A stretch of 63,738 nucleotides of DNA, filler included, from Octopus bimaculoides (GCF_001194135.2; 5 parts of 4 records of this genome joined end to end with filler, not necessarily neighbours in it), one strand, 5' to 3'. Shown: positions 27,426 to 42,717, counted from the first letter of the whole stretch. Program-made: numbers and translations. The notes: generated from the sequence alone by a model not told the origin.

Positions 27426-27973
27426 TTACGTATTGTCATAAAAGTCAGCTTCCCTTTCGATACGAGACATATCTTGCAAAACCAGCGAAAAAAACCCAAA
27501 GAAATATTATTATAGACAACAGCTAGATGTCCTCATCTAGAAGCCACTCTAAGTTTTATAAAATTGATTTTACTCTGACGGTAAACATCTGAGGATGTGA
27601 ACGTGTTCCATACCCATGAAAATTTTTGAGAATGTGCATCTGAGTCTCAGTGTATTAAATATTTACAACTCCAGATAAATGTGTTGAGTATTACTTTCGT
27701 TTGTGCACCCATTTGAGTATACTAGCAAAAAGACCAACCTTCAGCAGTTGTTCAGTAATCTTTGCACATTTTATCCTCAATGCGTGTATTTTTTTTTCTT
27801 GTATGTTGCGTCCAATTTTCCTTTGTATTCTTTCTTCATCTAATACCAGTCAGTCGCGCAGGAAATGGTTTTTAGAATGGCACCAAGCACTCAAAGACGC
27901 CGTTAGAATTTATAAAGAAATCAGATATTACGTCGACTTAAACATATGAAAGTCATCAGTTTATCCTGTTTGC

Positions 27974-28070
<97 letters not shown>

Positions 28071-30714
28071 CGTATATATCAGAAGACTTCGTACGTCTGT
28101 GTGACAGTGAACTAGAATACACATTTAGTATATACTGGGGAAAAAAGTACTGAAAAACTTACTGTAGATTCGAACACATGTGATTGTATAACTTATTATC
28201 TCTCCTGCATTACTTTTCCGTCGATATATAAATATATTTTATACATTTTAGTATTAATAACCGATATAAACACAATTACAAATGCACAGAGATAGGAAAT
28301 TAATTTCGGTTTTTTTTCCACTCCCGTTCATCATATAAACTACGATAACACGAACAGTGGAGATCTCAGCAAAAGAATTAAATGTCGGATATACATAACA
28401 GACTTCATGTTTTAGTCCTTATCACATACAGTAACAATCGTCTATAATGGACATTTTCTTTTTCACGCATTCTGAACAACAATCAAATATTTTAGTTGAA
28501 AGGAAATGAGACAAGTTTATATTTGGTACAACTGACGTAAGTAAATTAAAACCGCTGTTCTTATTCGGTTTCTATTTCTTCAACGACATCCAACAAATAT
28601 GAAAGGAAACTGGAACCAACATAACTTGGCTGATGTTAGATTAATCTTATAATTTGGAAAAATATTTTTACCGATATGTCTCGAGAAAGTAGCGTTGCAA
28701 ATATTTGGGCAACTTTTATACTTCCGAAAGAAGTATAAACAGAGACTTTCAAAAACGCTATCACGCAACGTAAGATGACTATCTCGCAGTGAATTAGAAC
28801 AAGTTTTCTGGTTGGATCGTGCAGTTGAAATAGCCTAATAAAAAAAAATTAAAAACCATAACTTAATTTTTTTTAAATCATATTAAACTTGGAATTTTTA
28901 AGAATTTTCTAGGCAGTGCAGACTTTAATCATTGCTTTCTATTAGTAAAAGCTACATTCTAGTAACTCATTAATAAGTTGTTTTCAATATAGCATAATAT
29001 ATTATGTATATGATCGAAGATTTCCGTTGTTCGACGATGAGGAGTTAGGTGTTCGATCAATTAGATAACTTAATCTTCGGTTCAAGTGTATTTGGCTGAG
29101 TATATCCATAACGTAATTTTCAGATAGAAGCAGCGTGACACAGTGTTAAACGGCTGTACGTTTTATAGCCTTGGGGAGTCGACTTCTAGCTTATGAAACT
29201 GAGTCGACGGAGATTGTGAGGAAGACTGCCGGATAGATTGTACTTGTATGTAAAACGGTATATTGTGTCACACCAATTCCTCCTGAGAATTGCATTATGG
29301 GTACACATGAAAGTGGAATACTCAACCACGTTCATGTTAATAGAGTGAGCCTGATATAAGAGTCACGTATGTATGTATGTATGTATGTATGTATGTATGT
29401 ATGTGTGTGTGTGTATATATATATATATATTCATTTGAAATGCAGAGATGCCTATAATAGGACATCTACTCGCTAGAAATAGCAGCAAAAGACTATATAC
29501 CACAAAAATTAGGGATAATTTCGAAAGGAAATGAAAAATAAAAACATTTACCAATCTATAGTCTGTACCATGAACAATAACAATAACAACAAAGTGAGGA
29601 TGTGATACGGATAGTGTTATTAGACGCTCGGGAAAGGAAAGAGAGAGATGTAAGTATGTATATATATATATATATGTGTGTGTATATATATGTATGGGAA
29701 TGATGACTTCCCTTTGCAAATACTGATAGGGCACAAATAGTGTGTCAATAGCCACTGGAGATGTCTTCCTGGGGCTACAAGCTACAGTAGCATCAACTCT
29801 TAAGGATTAGCCGCATTCAGGTGACAAATATACTTCACTATATATATATATGTGTATGTATATATNNNNNNNNNNNNNNNNNNNNNNNNNNNNNNNNNNN
29901 NNNNNNNNNNNNNNNNNNNNNNNNNNNNNNNNNNNNNNNNNNNNNNNNNNNNNNNNNNNNNNNNNNNNNNNNNNNNNNNNNNNNNNNNNNNNNNNNNNNN
30001 NNNNNNNNNNNNNNNNNNNNNNNNNNNNNNNNNNNNNNNNNNNNNNNNNNNNNNNNNNNNNNNNNNNNNNNNNNNNNNNNNNNNNNNNNNNNNNNNNNNN
30101 NNNNNNNNNNNNNNNNNNNNNNNNNNNNNNNNNNNNNNNNNNNNNNNNNNNNNNNNNNNNNNNNNNNNNNNNNNNNNNNNNNNNNNNNNNNNNNNNNNNN
30201 NNNNNNNNNNNNNNNNNNNNNNNNNNNNNNNNNNNNNNNNNNNNNNNNNNNNNNNNNNNNNNNNNNNNNNNNNNNNNNNNNNNNNNNNNNNNNNNNNNNN
30301 NNNNNNNNNNNNNNNNNNNNNNNNNNNNNNNNNNNNNNNNNNNNNNNNNNNNNNNNNNNNNNNNNNNNNNNNNNNNNNNNNNNNNNNNNNNNNNNNNNNN
30401 NNNNNNNNNNNNNNNNNNNNNNNNNNNNNNNNNNNNNNNNNNNNNNNNNNNNNNNNNNNNNNNNNNNNNNNNNNNNNNNNNNNNNNNNNNNNNNNNNNNN
30501 NNNNNNNNNNNNNNNNNNNNNNNNNNNNNNNNNNNNNNNNNNNNNNNNNNNNNNNNNNNNNNNNNNNNNNNNNNNNNNNNNNNNNNNNNNNNNNNNNNNN
30601 NNNNNNNNNNNNNNNNNNNNNNNNNNNNNNNNNNNNNNNNNNNNNNNNNNNNNNNNNNNNNNNNNNNNNNNNNNNNNNNNNNNNNNNNNNNNNNNNNNNN
30701 NNNNNNNNNNNNNN

Positions 30715-30780
<66 letters not shown>

Positions 30781-30948
30781 TAATTTATAATTATATAAAA
30801 TAATTATATTAAAGGTTGCGGATAAACCCCACCAACACGCTAGGAATAGACGCCAAATAGCTCTAAAAACCATATCTATACTCCAATTAGCACAGGCTGT
30901 AAGTGGGCAGATGAAAAATGAATAAGATATTTTGAAAATAAAGGTTAA

Positions 30949-31004
30949 TTACAAATCGATTTCTAGCTTAGCGTTATAAAAACACCTTGCTGTCATCAGT
31001 ACAA
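30949..31004 (-). ncRNA. Degenerate hammerhead motif of a third family
   Basis: UUGUA-CUGAUGA-CAGC...GCUA-GAAA-UCGA-UU-UGUAA, with palindromic AUCGAU. Confidence 0.4.
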
Positions 31005-31899
31005 CATGACAAAGTATATAGATGCAAATATATATATATACATACCCATACGAATAACATATCTGCACGACCATATATATACATTTACATGTATATACTA
31101 GTAAAAAAAAAATCTATTTTTTTTCTCATTTCAACCACGTGCATTTTTTCATCAAAATAATCTCGCAGCGAATGCAACAATTTTGATCAGGAGCAAAAAA
31201 ATATATTTTATAAAATTAGCGATAAAATTGCTTTAATGTACTCTTGTTAGATTTATCGATCCGATGGAGGAGCTTTGACTGAGGTGGCACACTATAAGGT
31301 CGAAACATCGTGGGATCTTAAAGAACAGATGGCATTGTACCTATAGGTTGCAAGGAGCAAGCCCGCTGCGCATGCAACGCTCTAGGATTTCCAACAAAAC
31401 CTGAGATAAAACGAATAAGGTTTCATAAAAGGTTGTTTACATCTTATTTTACAATCGTCGTTCGTTATGTCGGTTTGTGTTTGGATTCTCTTCCTTCACC
31501 AATTTCCATCCAGGTCCTGGTCATAAGACCCTATACGTCCCTCTCTTCGTCTATTAAAAGAACAATCTTCGTTTGTTTTTTTTTTATATGGGGGTGGGGT
31601 GTCATCTGTCATCGCCTTCCGATGTCTCGCTTCGTACATGCAAAAAAATCTCCATTTTGTATTTCATGTCTTCGCCGTATTCTGTATATTTTACTGTACA
31701 GTTTCGTCCTTTTTTATGCATATCATCTACACAAACAAACAAACACATACACCCACACACACATAATCACACACACACACGCATGAACAAAGTATAACAT
31801 CGTCATAGGCATGCGTGTGTGCGTCTGTGCGTGTATGTGTGTATGTATATATATATATATTTATAGATATAGATATAGATAGACTATACAATGGTTTTA

Positions 31900-31986
<87 letters not shown>

Positions 31987-32101
31987 GGTCGAACATGAAG
32001 TTTCTTCATAAACATACATTTAAATAGACAGAATAGCTAATCAATTTATTTAAATTGTATGTATAAATGTTGACAGACAGAAAGGCAGCCACACAGACAG
32101 G

Positions 32102-32145
<44 letters not shown>

Positions 32146-32509
32146 CATTGTATAAATTCTGTTTACAGCTATGTAAATAGGCAAAATAAATTTTAAAAAA
32201 CAATAGCTTCACAGATTAACACGTAAACAGAATGTGTGCATATATATCAATATACATATGTATGCGTGTGTATGTGTACATATATATATATATACATATG
32301 CGTGTGTATGTGTGTATGTGTATCTATATACGTATTTATATACATGTATATACATATATATATAAATATGTATATATATGTATTTATATATATATATATA
32401 TATATATATNNNNNNNNNNNNNNNNNNNNNNNNNNNNNNNNNNNNNNNNNNNNTTAATTAATTAANNNNNNNNNNNNNNNNNNNNNNNNNNNNNNNNNNN
32501 NNNNNNNNN

Positions 32510-32546
<37 letters not shown>

Positions 32547-33335
32547 TTATGTATGTATTGCAGTACTAAAATGTTTAGAATCTCATGTATGTTAATTTAT
32601 GTGAGATAAATAGGGGATTGTATAACTTGAGTAACAATTTCATTTCCTTAGTCAACAATCACAACAGTGTTTGCAAGTATAAAAATCTAATATACATACA
32701 TATATTTATTTATTTATTAATTTACTTTTTTGGTTTTAATTGCTAGAGCCACCAATACTACAATATATCTTAACATATTAAAATATTATTATAATATCTT
32801 ATTACATGCATGCCTTTCTTTTTTTTATCCTACTATTAGTTTCATGTCATTGGACTGTGGCCATGCTGAGGCACCACTATAAAGGGTTAAGTTGAACAAA
32901 TCAAACCTAGTATCTTCTACCAAACTGCTTAGATATGGGGAGATAAACAAACCAACAGCGATTGTCAAATGATGAAGCAGGAAGAAACACAGATATATGT
33001 GCATACACACATACACACACACAATGGGCCTCCATAAGATATCAGCCTATCAAATCCACTCAGAAAGCAAAGTTCAGCCCATGGCTACAGTTGAAGAAAC
33101 TTGCCCAAGATGCTGCACAATATATACATATATATCTAGACACATTTTTTTTTCACCTCTACATTCTTTTAGTTCTCTCCGTCTGTTTTCTATCCTCATT
33201 CCTTTCTGCAAAAGAGCATAGGCTTGAAACATCAAAGACTCTTCCATTTTTTCTTGAGTGTTAAACTAATACACCTTGTTTGTCGTACCCTCGCCTGTCT
33301 CTGTTTTGTTTTGTGTGTTTTTTGTACAATTTTGA

Positions 33336-33377
<42 letters not shown>

Positions 33378-33438
33378 TGCATATACTTGTCTCTGATACC
33401 CAGTGAAGCCATCTCACATCTCGTAGGAATGTGTATGT

Positions 33439-33512
<74 letters not shown>

Positions 33513-34699
33513 CATAGAAAGTCCAGTTTGCTGTAATGTTATGAAGTTTTTGACAGATTAGTCATGGATTTATAGCAAACATTTTCTTCTTTTATTTATT
33601 TATTTATTTTTTTTTTTCCAATGAAAGTACTTTAAGTTTACAAGACTGACACATAACAGCCAGTGTGGCATCATTATCTTGTCCAACCAGTACCAAAGAA
33701 TTTACAACAGTTAGCTTCCACCACCACACCTAATATTTACAGTTGGAAGTAGGCACATAACATGTGTGTTTGTGAGTTATACGAGATGTCATCTGAAAAT
33801 GGTCAGAAATATATAAAGGAAACAAAAGCTAATCAAATAAACTGCATTTGTTGTACTAATCATGTTCATTAATGGTTTTCCATTAGAAGCAACCCACTCT
33901 GTACATGCATACGCAACAATGAAACAAAAACAAAACTGATTTATGACCTAAATAATATATATATACATAATACCTGTGTGGGTATTACATAGCAGAGAGC
34001 TCTATAGCATGTTTGTTACGTTATATTATAAAAATGTATAGTTTAAGTTACAAATAGGGAGAGAATGTTATTGTAGTTCACACACACGCACACACACACA
34101 TACATACGTACGAATACAAAGGCTAGAAAATTGGTAAAATATAGAGGTAAATAAATAAACAAATAGATATATAAATAAAGGAAATTACTCGTGGAAAATA
34201 TTTCTGAACATATAAATACAATTTAAGTAAAGGAAGTTGTCAAACAAGATTTACAAGATACTTTTCTTATTGTCAATATATTTTTGAAATGTGTGTGTGT
34301 ATGTGTGTGTAGTGTGTGTGTGTGTGTGTGTGTGGTGTCTGAGTATTTCTCTGTTTGTGATATTAAGTTGCTTTGAATAGATCAGTATGAATAGAAAACA
34401 AACAAGTGATGATTTAGAGGTTTTCAGAGAGGAGTTTCAACTTGACGCCATGTAAAAATAAGATGAAACGAAAGTACACTCCCACACACACACGCAATTT
34501 TTCTTTTACTGGTTTCACTCATTGTACCACAGCCATGTTATTCTGGTTATATTAATACCATTATTTTACCTGGTACTCATTGTGTCTTACTATCAAGAAG
34601 AGAAGGCAAAGCCAACCATCCTTCACATTCAATACTCCTGTCACACTACAACTGCGATGACAGAGACGTTGGTCTTCTGAAGAAAATCTCCCAGAGCAC

Positions 34700-34800
34700 T
34701 CCTGATGTTAGTGGGACATCCCCGAGGCAAGTGGTGGAGATTAAGTATCTTGGGGTCATATTCGTGAGTGATAGGAGTTAGATAGGAGGAGGCAGAAGAC
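34700..34800 (+). mobile_element. Short LINE RT remnant (QVVEIKYLGVIFVSD)
   Basis: Resembles the ..FKYLG.. motif near the C-terminus of LINE RTs. Confidence 0.45.
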
Positions 34801-35434
34801 TCTACCCCTACAACCCTTCCAGAAAGAGTGAATGACAAAAACGGGTGCATAGATGAATAAGCATCATATAGTCGTCTTTCACTTTGAGAGCAAGAGAAAG
34901 CTGTTGTTACAAAGAGAAATAATAATTCCAGTGACTTTCTCCATACTAATATGAATATTCTGCTTGTCTAACGCCAAAATATTAACCATTTACTGAATTA
35001 TATACCAAGATCTATGCATTGAAGTAGGATTCTTATAATGATTTGTAAGTATTTACTTTTTATACATAAATAATCCTTTCTACTGGAAGCAGAAGCACAA
35101 GGCCTCAAATTTGGAGGAAAGGATTAAGTTGATTTTATCGACCCCAGTGCATTACTGGTACTTATTTAATTGACCCCCGAAAAGATGAAAGGCAAAGTCA
35201 ACTTCAGCGGAATTTGAACTCAGAACATAGTGGCAGACAAAATACTGCTAAGCATTTTGCCCGATGGCAAACACTGTCTACTTTAGCCAGGGCAAGCATT
35301 GTCTACTACCTGGCAATGAGAAATAAAGTATCTTGATCAAGGACACAATGTGCTGCCAGGTATCGAACTCACGATCCTACAATCATGAGCCACATTCCCT
35401 AACCACTAAGCCACAAACCTTCATATATATACAT

Positions 35435-35471
<37 letters not shown>

Positions 35472-35773
35472 NNNNNNNNNNNNNNNNNNNNNNNNNNNNN
35501 NNNNNNNNNNNNNNNNNNNNNNNNNNNNNNNNNNNNNNNNNNNNNNNNNNNNNNNNNNNNNNNNNNNNNNNNNNNNNNNNNNNNNNNNNNNNNNNNNNNN
35601 NNNNNNNNNNNNNNNNNNNNNNNNNNNNNNNNNNNNNNNNNNNNNNNNNNNNNNNNNNNNNNNNNNNNNNNNNNNNNNNNNNNNNNNNNNNNNNNNNNNN
35701 NNNNNNNNNNNNNNNNNNNNNNNNNNNNNNNNNNNNNNNNNNNNNNNNNNNNNNNNNNNNNAAAAAAAAAAAA

Positions 35774-35823
<50 letters not shown>

Positions 35824-36612
35824 GCACATATATACACACACAAACGCATGCAAACATAAAGATATGTGTGCGCACACACACACACACATATCCTACTCCA
35901 ATGCTCACCCACCATACCCACAAGCAAGAATGTATTCGTTAGCATGTCCCATGTTTTATTGACTGTTTCAGGTGCCTGTGCAGTGACAAGCAGACACAGA
36001 CACTCCCCATCAGCCATCCCACCCTCGACACAGAAAAACATCCAGACTGTGAACAGCTGCGAGAAAAGTACAGACAACCCCCCACTCCCCATCCCCACCC
36101 ATTACTAGCTTCAGTTCAGTAAACTGGAGCAAAGTGAAGCGGAGTAAATGAAGTACCTTGCTGAAGGTGCAGAAATCAAACCCTTGGTCTAGTGATCATC
36201 CAACCACTTCACATAGCCCCCCCCCACACACACACACACGCAACATGTGTGTGCATGTGTATGTGAATGTGTGTGTGTATTTATCTCTTTGTGAAAATAA
36301 GATGATGGCAGTTGAGCAAATGGCTTCTACTTTAGCCCTGGGCCAATGAAAACCTTGTGAGTGGATTTGGTAGGCAGAAACTAAAAGAAGGTGTGGGGAG
36401 GAGGTCTGTAGACTGGTGTTGGTTTGTTTACATCTCTGTAACTTAGCAGTTCAGCAATAAGAATTTGATACAATAAGTACCAAACTTTAAAAAAATTAAG
36501 TCCTCAGTTTGATTTGTTTGACTAAAACCCCACTAAGGCAGTACTCCAGCATGGCCATAGTCTAGTGGCTGAATGCAGTAAAAGAGGAAAGATGTACTTT
36601 GTGTTTGTGCAA

Positions 36613-36656
<44 letters not shown>

Positions 36657-37579
36657 AATGAAGTGAATTACTTGATAATCAATGATATTTATCAATGATC
36701 TGCAATGGGTTATATAAGGCTTTCTATCAAAGTTGCTTTGAGTCTTATAGAAACAGCTAAGCGTGGTGAACTGAGGCAATGTTAATTGATCCAGCTGGGT
36801 TTGAACATAGAAGCTCAATGTGTATATGATCCAATGGAATCCATTTGGCCACTTTCACACACACACACAGACTGCTTACCTATTTCATACATTTGATTTA
36901 TTGCACACATCCAAACACACACTTAATGACCCTATTCAAAATAAATCTACTGAAAGTCCATCTCTCTCTCTCTCTCACACACAAATACTTACATACAAAG
37001 CTTTATGATTGTATTGAACACAAAGCAGTGCATCTTCTCCCCACCCATTCACATACACAGATACATACAAGTACACACAACAGCTTTATGGCCCTGTTTT
37101 ACACAGAGTGATGAATGTACAAACATAAATTCATACCCTATGACTCCAATCATTCTTACAATGATATAAGTTGTCTGTATTATCTTGGTAAAAGTCTGAA
37201 TATCTGTCAATATGTTTCAATCGTTTTATGTATTTGTCAGGTTTCTTTTGCCAAGACGTTATTTCTGTATCAATGGACACATCACACTGAAATCACCAGT
37301 TGCCTTTCACCACCAGAGTTAAGTAATGTCAACCTGAGTTAAGACTTAGATGGCTGATCACTCTATTATGCTTTTACTTGTTTCAGTCATTTGATTGCAG
37401 CCATGCTGGAGCACCGCCTTGAAGGGTTTTAGTCGAACAAACTGACCCCAGGGCTTACATTTTTTAAGCCTAGTACTTATTCTATCAGTCTCTTTTGACG
37501 AACCACTAAGTTGTGGGGGTGTAAACACACCAATGCTGGTTGTCAAGTGGTAATGGGGGTGGACAAACACAGACTCATG

Positions 37580-38085
37580 CGAGCTTTCTTTTCAGGTACA
37601 TGACACTGCTGTCTCCCATTTCAGGGTCTCATGGGCCCACACCTCCCACACTCTCAACGTCGGCACTCTGAAAGGTAGGTCTGGTGAGATTGTTGAGATG
37701 TTTGAACGGAGACATGTCGATATCTGCTGCCTCCAAGAAGTAAGGTGGCGAGGAGGTTCCACTAGGTTCCTCACAGGCAAAGAACACAGATACAAGATTT
37801 TCTGGGCAGGGAACACAGACGGGGTCAGGGGCGTGGGTATACTTCTTGTATATGGGTGGATAAGGTAATCGAGTGGAGAAATAGGAGGATAAGGTAATCG
37901 AGGTAGTCAGAGTATGCAAAAGAATACTTAAGATTAGATTAGTCCTTCACCATGTGTTAGCAACCATTATCTCGGCCTATGCCCCCCAGCCCGGGCTACC
38001 CAACGGACAGAAAGACCAATTTTATGACACCCTCTTGTAGACTACCTTGTTGACGAATGACAGTGATTTTCTCGTCCATGCTGGT
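37580..38085 (+). mobile_element. RTE-clade LINE fragment, AP-endonuclease domain (decayed)
   Basis: TLNVGTLKGRSGEIVEMFERRHVDICCLQEVRWRGGSTRFLTGKEHRYKIFWAGNTDGVRGVGILL ... TIISAYAPQPG: APE motifs with frameshifts, stops and a 16-bp internal duplication. Confidence 0.9.
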
Positions 38086-38199
38086 CGTCTTCTGGGCAAC
38101 CAGTTAGCCCTGATCCTGAAGTCACTAACTACTAGTCTATGTTGTGGGGTACATTCTTCACCTGAGAAGGTTTTGGCATTTACTGCTTTTTACTCTAAG

Positions 38200-38225
38200 C
38201 AAGAGGCCCTTTGTCACCAGCAGAG
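38200..38225 (+). CDS. Candidate microexon (ARGPLSPAE in phase 1)
   Basis: Acceptor tactgctttttactctaag; donor GAG|gtaaga. Frame linkage to neighbours unresolved. Confidence 0.15.
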
Positions 38226-39559
38226 GTAAGAGCTCTCTGAACTTTGCCCAGGTTATTCTTATGGTAAACATACACTGTTGTAATGGTATCCAGTGGAAAG
38301 GTAGGTTTCAAACAAATATGTTCCTGAACCAAACTCAGAGAACAACAGAATCAGAAAAGGAAAAAGGAAAACCTAGTTCAACCTTCTCTTTAGAAAAGAT
38401 GTAGAATGTCACATAGCCAGCGCTTCCCAGAAAATGCTCTGAAGCCAAAGAGGATCATCTATAAAACATGTTTGTTTGATTTGTGAGAAATATCAGCCAA
38501 ATCTTTCTATTGTCTTTAAAGAATGAAATCTACAGGTCATGAGAGTATCTTCTACAATATATGAACTAATGCTAGAAGTTTGGTTTACTTTGCTTCTGCA
38601 ATGCCTCACCATCTTAAATCCCAGTTCCTTATCCAACTCCCACTACCACCAGTCACTAGAAGGATATCTTGTTTGTGCAGAGGTAGCTAAAAACTTCCAA
38701 CTTAATTTTTTTCCTTCCTCTCTTATTGCTGTAAGTTTAGCTGATTTAATCCCTCTTACAATCTTTATCCCTCTTGAATTTGGATTTCATTACTAAGGAT
38801 TTCATCAGGGTACATGGCCAAGTTTTTAAGAGGCTCACTTTCCCAATTCTCATGCATGGCAACCTTGGGTAACCCTATGAATAAACCTGGGTACATAGAC
38901 ACTGTAAGTGGATTGACAACTGTCAAAGGCCCAACTTTATTAAATCATGATATTACACCTTGTCTTCTTGCAGTCTACTTTAACAGGGCAAATGTTAGTG
39001 AGATCGTTCGGTCATTTACACAACAAACAACAAAAATGCAATTCGGTTGCCTGAACAGCAGGAATTCATTTGTTGAAAGTTACACAAGATCCATTCATTC
39101 ACTGAAAATTTAAAAGAAAACAAATTCAAAACACACATGATGTTAACCTGAATATTTTTCCTTTTAAGCTCTATTACTTTTTCTTTCTTTCTTTTAATTT
39201 AAAAGTGAATTCATTAGTGTTGCATCACTGGCCCAAATAGTTAGATTGCCAAGTAATAAACTATGGAGTTGTTAATCCAAACTTAATCATCAAATATCAT
39301 ACAATATCAACCAATGGTTATGACAATGAACTGTGACTGATTCAATACATAATGATAAATACACCAAAAATAGGAACTCTGGTGAAATGAGCTTAAATTC
39401 TCTGTAATAAGTTGTGGGGGTACTGTACAAATGATGAAAATTTTAGTAGTCTGCAGTCTTGCTAGACAGGTTAGAATATGTCTAATGTTTAATTAGTTTA
39501 CTTATTTGAGGAATGAAAATTACTAATTGAAACTACACCTGCTTTGTGTTAATCTAAAG

Positions 39560-39597
39560 AAGTGTTGAATGCTGTAGAGCAAAAGATTAAAATCCAG
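39560..39597 (+). CDS. Candidate exon (EVLNAVEQKIKIQ)
   Basis: Perfect donor CAG|gtgagt; ctaat upstream and AAG acceptor. Only phase 1 is open. Confidence 0.3.
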
Positions 39598-40427
39598 GTG
39601 AGTCAAAAACACAATGTCACTGTAGATGCAAGTTCATTCCTCTTATATGCCATAAATATATTTGTGAAGGGGGGAAGAAATCATCACAATATCTCCTTCT
39701 CCTACTTCAGCTTAAATAGAAACCTCTTTGTGTCTGGGCAAAAGAAGACAACATTGAACGAAAGGAAAAGAAAATATTTAAAACTGACCCAAAGATAATA
39801 TTTAAACATTTTTTTTACCAATCATTTATAAATGTCAATATGACACAACTACCATGGCTATTTATAAAATATTTGTCTAAACATTGTCCTACAACTTGTC
39901 ATTATTTTCCCAAAATGAGAAATTGCAGCTGATTTGTTGTGTACCAAGATCATTGATAGGACAATTCTGTTGACTTCTGCTTGTTTGGTTTTGCTGAAGT
40001 ATTTAACAACAAAACCAAATTTTTAATATTCCTAGATATCTACATTCCGACTTCCTTGCCTCAGAAAATCAATTACATTAATCATCATTCTTTGATACAA
40101 CTTTCACCATTGCATTTTCTTATTTCTGCTTAGAGATTATTCCAACACATAAATCTTACTTTGACTATAAACAGTAACAACACTCAATTGATATTGATTT
40201 TTTTCCTTTTTTTTTTTTCAGTTTCTTTTCTTTTCTTTTTAAAGACAAGGCCAAGAATTGATGTCTCTGAATTATTTAATCTCTAAACAATTCTTCCTGT
40301 GCCAACCCTATGTATTTTGCTTAGTGATTCATTTATTCAACTACTTCAATAAGTAATGGTGAAAGCGATGCTTTGCTGAAGACATCAGGAAACAATAAAT
40401 ACATGTTATTCTAAGTAATTAAACCCA

Positions 40428-40510
40428 GATCAGACTCTGGTGCAACTCCCCGACTTACCAGTTTTCAGTCAAACCATCCAACCCATGCCAGCATGGAAAA
40501 CGGATGTTAA

Positions 40511-40546
<36 letters not shown>
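40428..40546 (+). mobile_element. RTE-type 3' end; similar remnants at ~41300-41438 (+), ~47723-47895 (-) and ~50335-50620 (-)
   Basis: ccaacccatgccagcatggaaaacggatgttaaatgatgatg tail. Confidence 0.7.
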
Positions 40547-40641
40547 GTGGTGATTTATTCAAATCAGTGTCTGCAACTTGAATGTTACATACATGCTAAG
40601 GGTGCAGCTATGGCTAAAGGGATAGGCTTAGCTAAAGACAC

Positions 40642-40803
40642 AGATGTGGCTGTGTGGTTAAGAAGCTTGCTTCTCGACCATGTGGTCTTGGGCTCAGTCC
40701 CACTGCACAGCACCTGGGGCAAGAATCTTCCACCACAACCCTGAGTCCACCAAAGCCTTGTGAGTGGATATAGTGGACAAAGACTGAAAAGAAGCCAGTA
40801 ATA
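40642..40803 (+). mobile_element. SINE family A
   Basis: Head and core match the other copies. Confidence 0.8.
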
Positions 40804-40816
40804 TACACATACATAT

Positions 40817-40856
<40 letters not shown>

Positions 40857-42127
40857 CAGGGACATGCTGCCTGGGTAGGTAAAGTAGGCAGTGCCTACTT
40901 TGAATAAAATAGATCAATCATAACATTTTCCTTTTATGGCAAAATATGCACCTAAGTCAATAAAATTATGAAGGTTACTCTCATTATTCTGCATAAAATA
41001 CAAAATATTTTATTTTTTTATAGATTAGGTAGGCATAATTCTCTCCTGCTTTTCAATTTCAATATTAAAGCTAGGCATAGGACTGCTGTAGTACACATGC
41101 TGTGTACATTCCTACAACAATGTTTTATTTACGTACTATAAAGGCAGGAGTAAATCTGCCTACCCTGAGTAATTACTGGTGGCATGTGCCTGGTGTGTAC
41201 TATTATCTAAACATCATGTGATGGTTGTAAACGAGCATCACTGTTATGCACATGAGGTTATTTGTATTCAGTCTTCTGTGAAAAACATGTCTAGCTACTG
41301 GAAAATACTATGTTGCTTGGAAACATGTTAGGGTTGGCAACTGGAAGCGCATCCAGAAATAGAAAAATCTGCATCAGAAAATTTCATCTGACCCATAGAA
41401 GCATGGAAAAGCAGATGTTAAACGATAGTGATGATGATGCTTCACATGTTGTACCCTCCAGCCTTCTTTAAGGATTTGTTGCATTTGGGAATGCTCTCAA
41501 GACCCTTTATATAAGCCAAACTACACCCATATTTGACTAAACAGTTTGTTCAGTTTCAAATTCCAAGAAAATTATCAAATACAGTAGGTACTTGAAGTGA
41601 AATGGAGGTTACAGTGATTGAAACAGTGTGACTATAACAACTGAAGCAAGGACATTAGTCTGAATAAACCTCTCTCAAATAATGGTAATTCCTCATTTTC
41701 AAAATCCAAGCAAAAATTATATCCAGCACTGTTCCCCATATTTGCCAGAAAAAAATCAAAACACTGTCAGTCATAGATAAATAGGGTTTTTTTTCATTCC
41801 CTCACCACATAATTATTTTAGATAACTTTTCAAGACCAGACAGATCGATAGTCATATTCTTCTAGCAGAACTGCAAGTTTATAACGGAAAATATGGGTAA
41901 AGAGGAAATTATAAAATTTTCCCAAGATCATTAGCGACTTACTACAAAACATGAGAGCAACATGCCATTGCAACAGTATTAGATTAATGGATTTAAGAAG
42001 ATTAGTGTTTCAAACCAAAGGACTAATAAAGAAATATAAAAAACAAGTCCTTAATAAAAAGATTAAACTTGAACGCAATTGTGGTTTTAATATAACATGT
42101 TTGAAAGAAAAAACTGTTATATGTATG

Positions 42128-42173
<46 letters not shown>

Positions 42174-42565
42174 TGTATGTATGTATGTATATATATATGT
42201 ATATATCTGGATGCCCATCACCAAATGAATAATAACATATAATGGATAATTGATGGATAAATGAGCTGACAAATATCCATCATAAGTTATTATTCATTTG
42301 GTTATAATACACCAAGGGAATTTATGACTTGTCAGACACCCTAGAATATACCAACAACATACTATTCAAAGTAACACGTGATTTGGACCAGCCCCTTAGG
42401 TGCTAAATACTCATAGAGTTGATTTTCTCTGTGTACACAACTGAAATATCCTAATTTGGTACTCACCAACCATAAGCCGAAATCACAGAGATTATCCAAC
42501 CCTACCTGATGCATATCTTTTCAAGTACCTGATTCTGTCTGAGTCCTTAATTTACTATATATATA

Positions 42566-42717
42566 TCATCATCATCGTTTAACATCCGCTTTCCATGCTA
42601 GCATGGGTTGGACGATTTGACTGAGGACTGGTGAACCAGATGGCTACACCAGGCTCCAATCTGATCTGGCAGAGTTTCTACAGCTGGATGCCCTTCCTAA
42701 TGCCAACCACTCCGAGA
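42566..42717 (-). mobile_element. RTE-type 3' end
   Basis: Reverse complement of the 58975-59130 sequence, near identical. Confidence 0.75.

Noticed and set aside
34428-34451. Candidate exon near 34.4 kb
   Set aside because: Poor polypyrimidine tract and weak donor; it can be fitted in several frames, so including it would be overfitting.
38540-38800. 85-aa ORF / possible antisense RTE remnant
   Set aside because: Similarity too faint to support by eye.
40245-40286. Candidate terminal exon TRPRIDVSELFNL* (and 41866-41896)
   Set aside because: In phase with 39560-39597, but competing acceptors make the choice arbitrary without transcript data.
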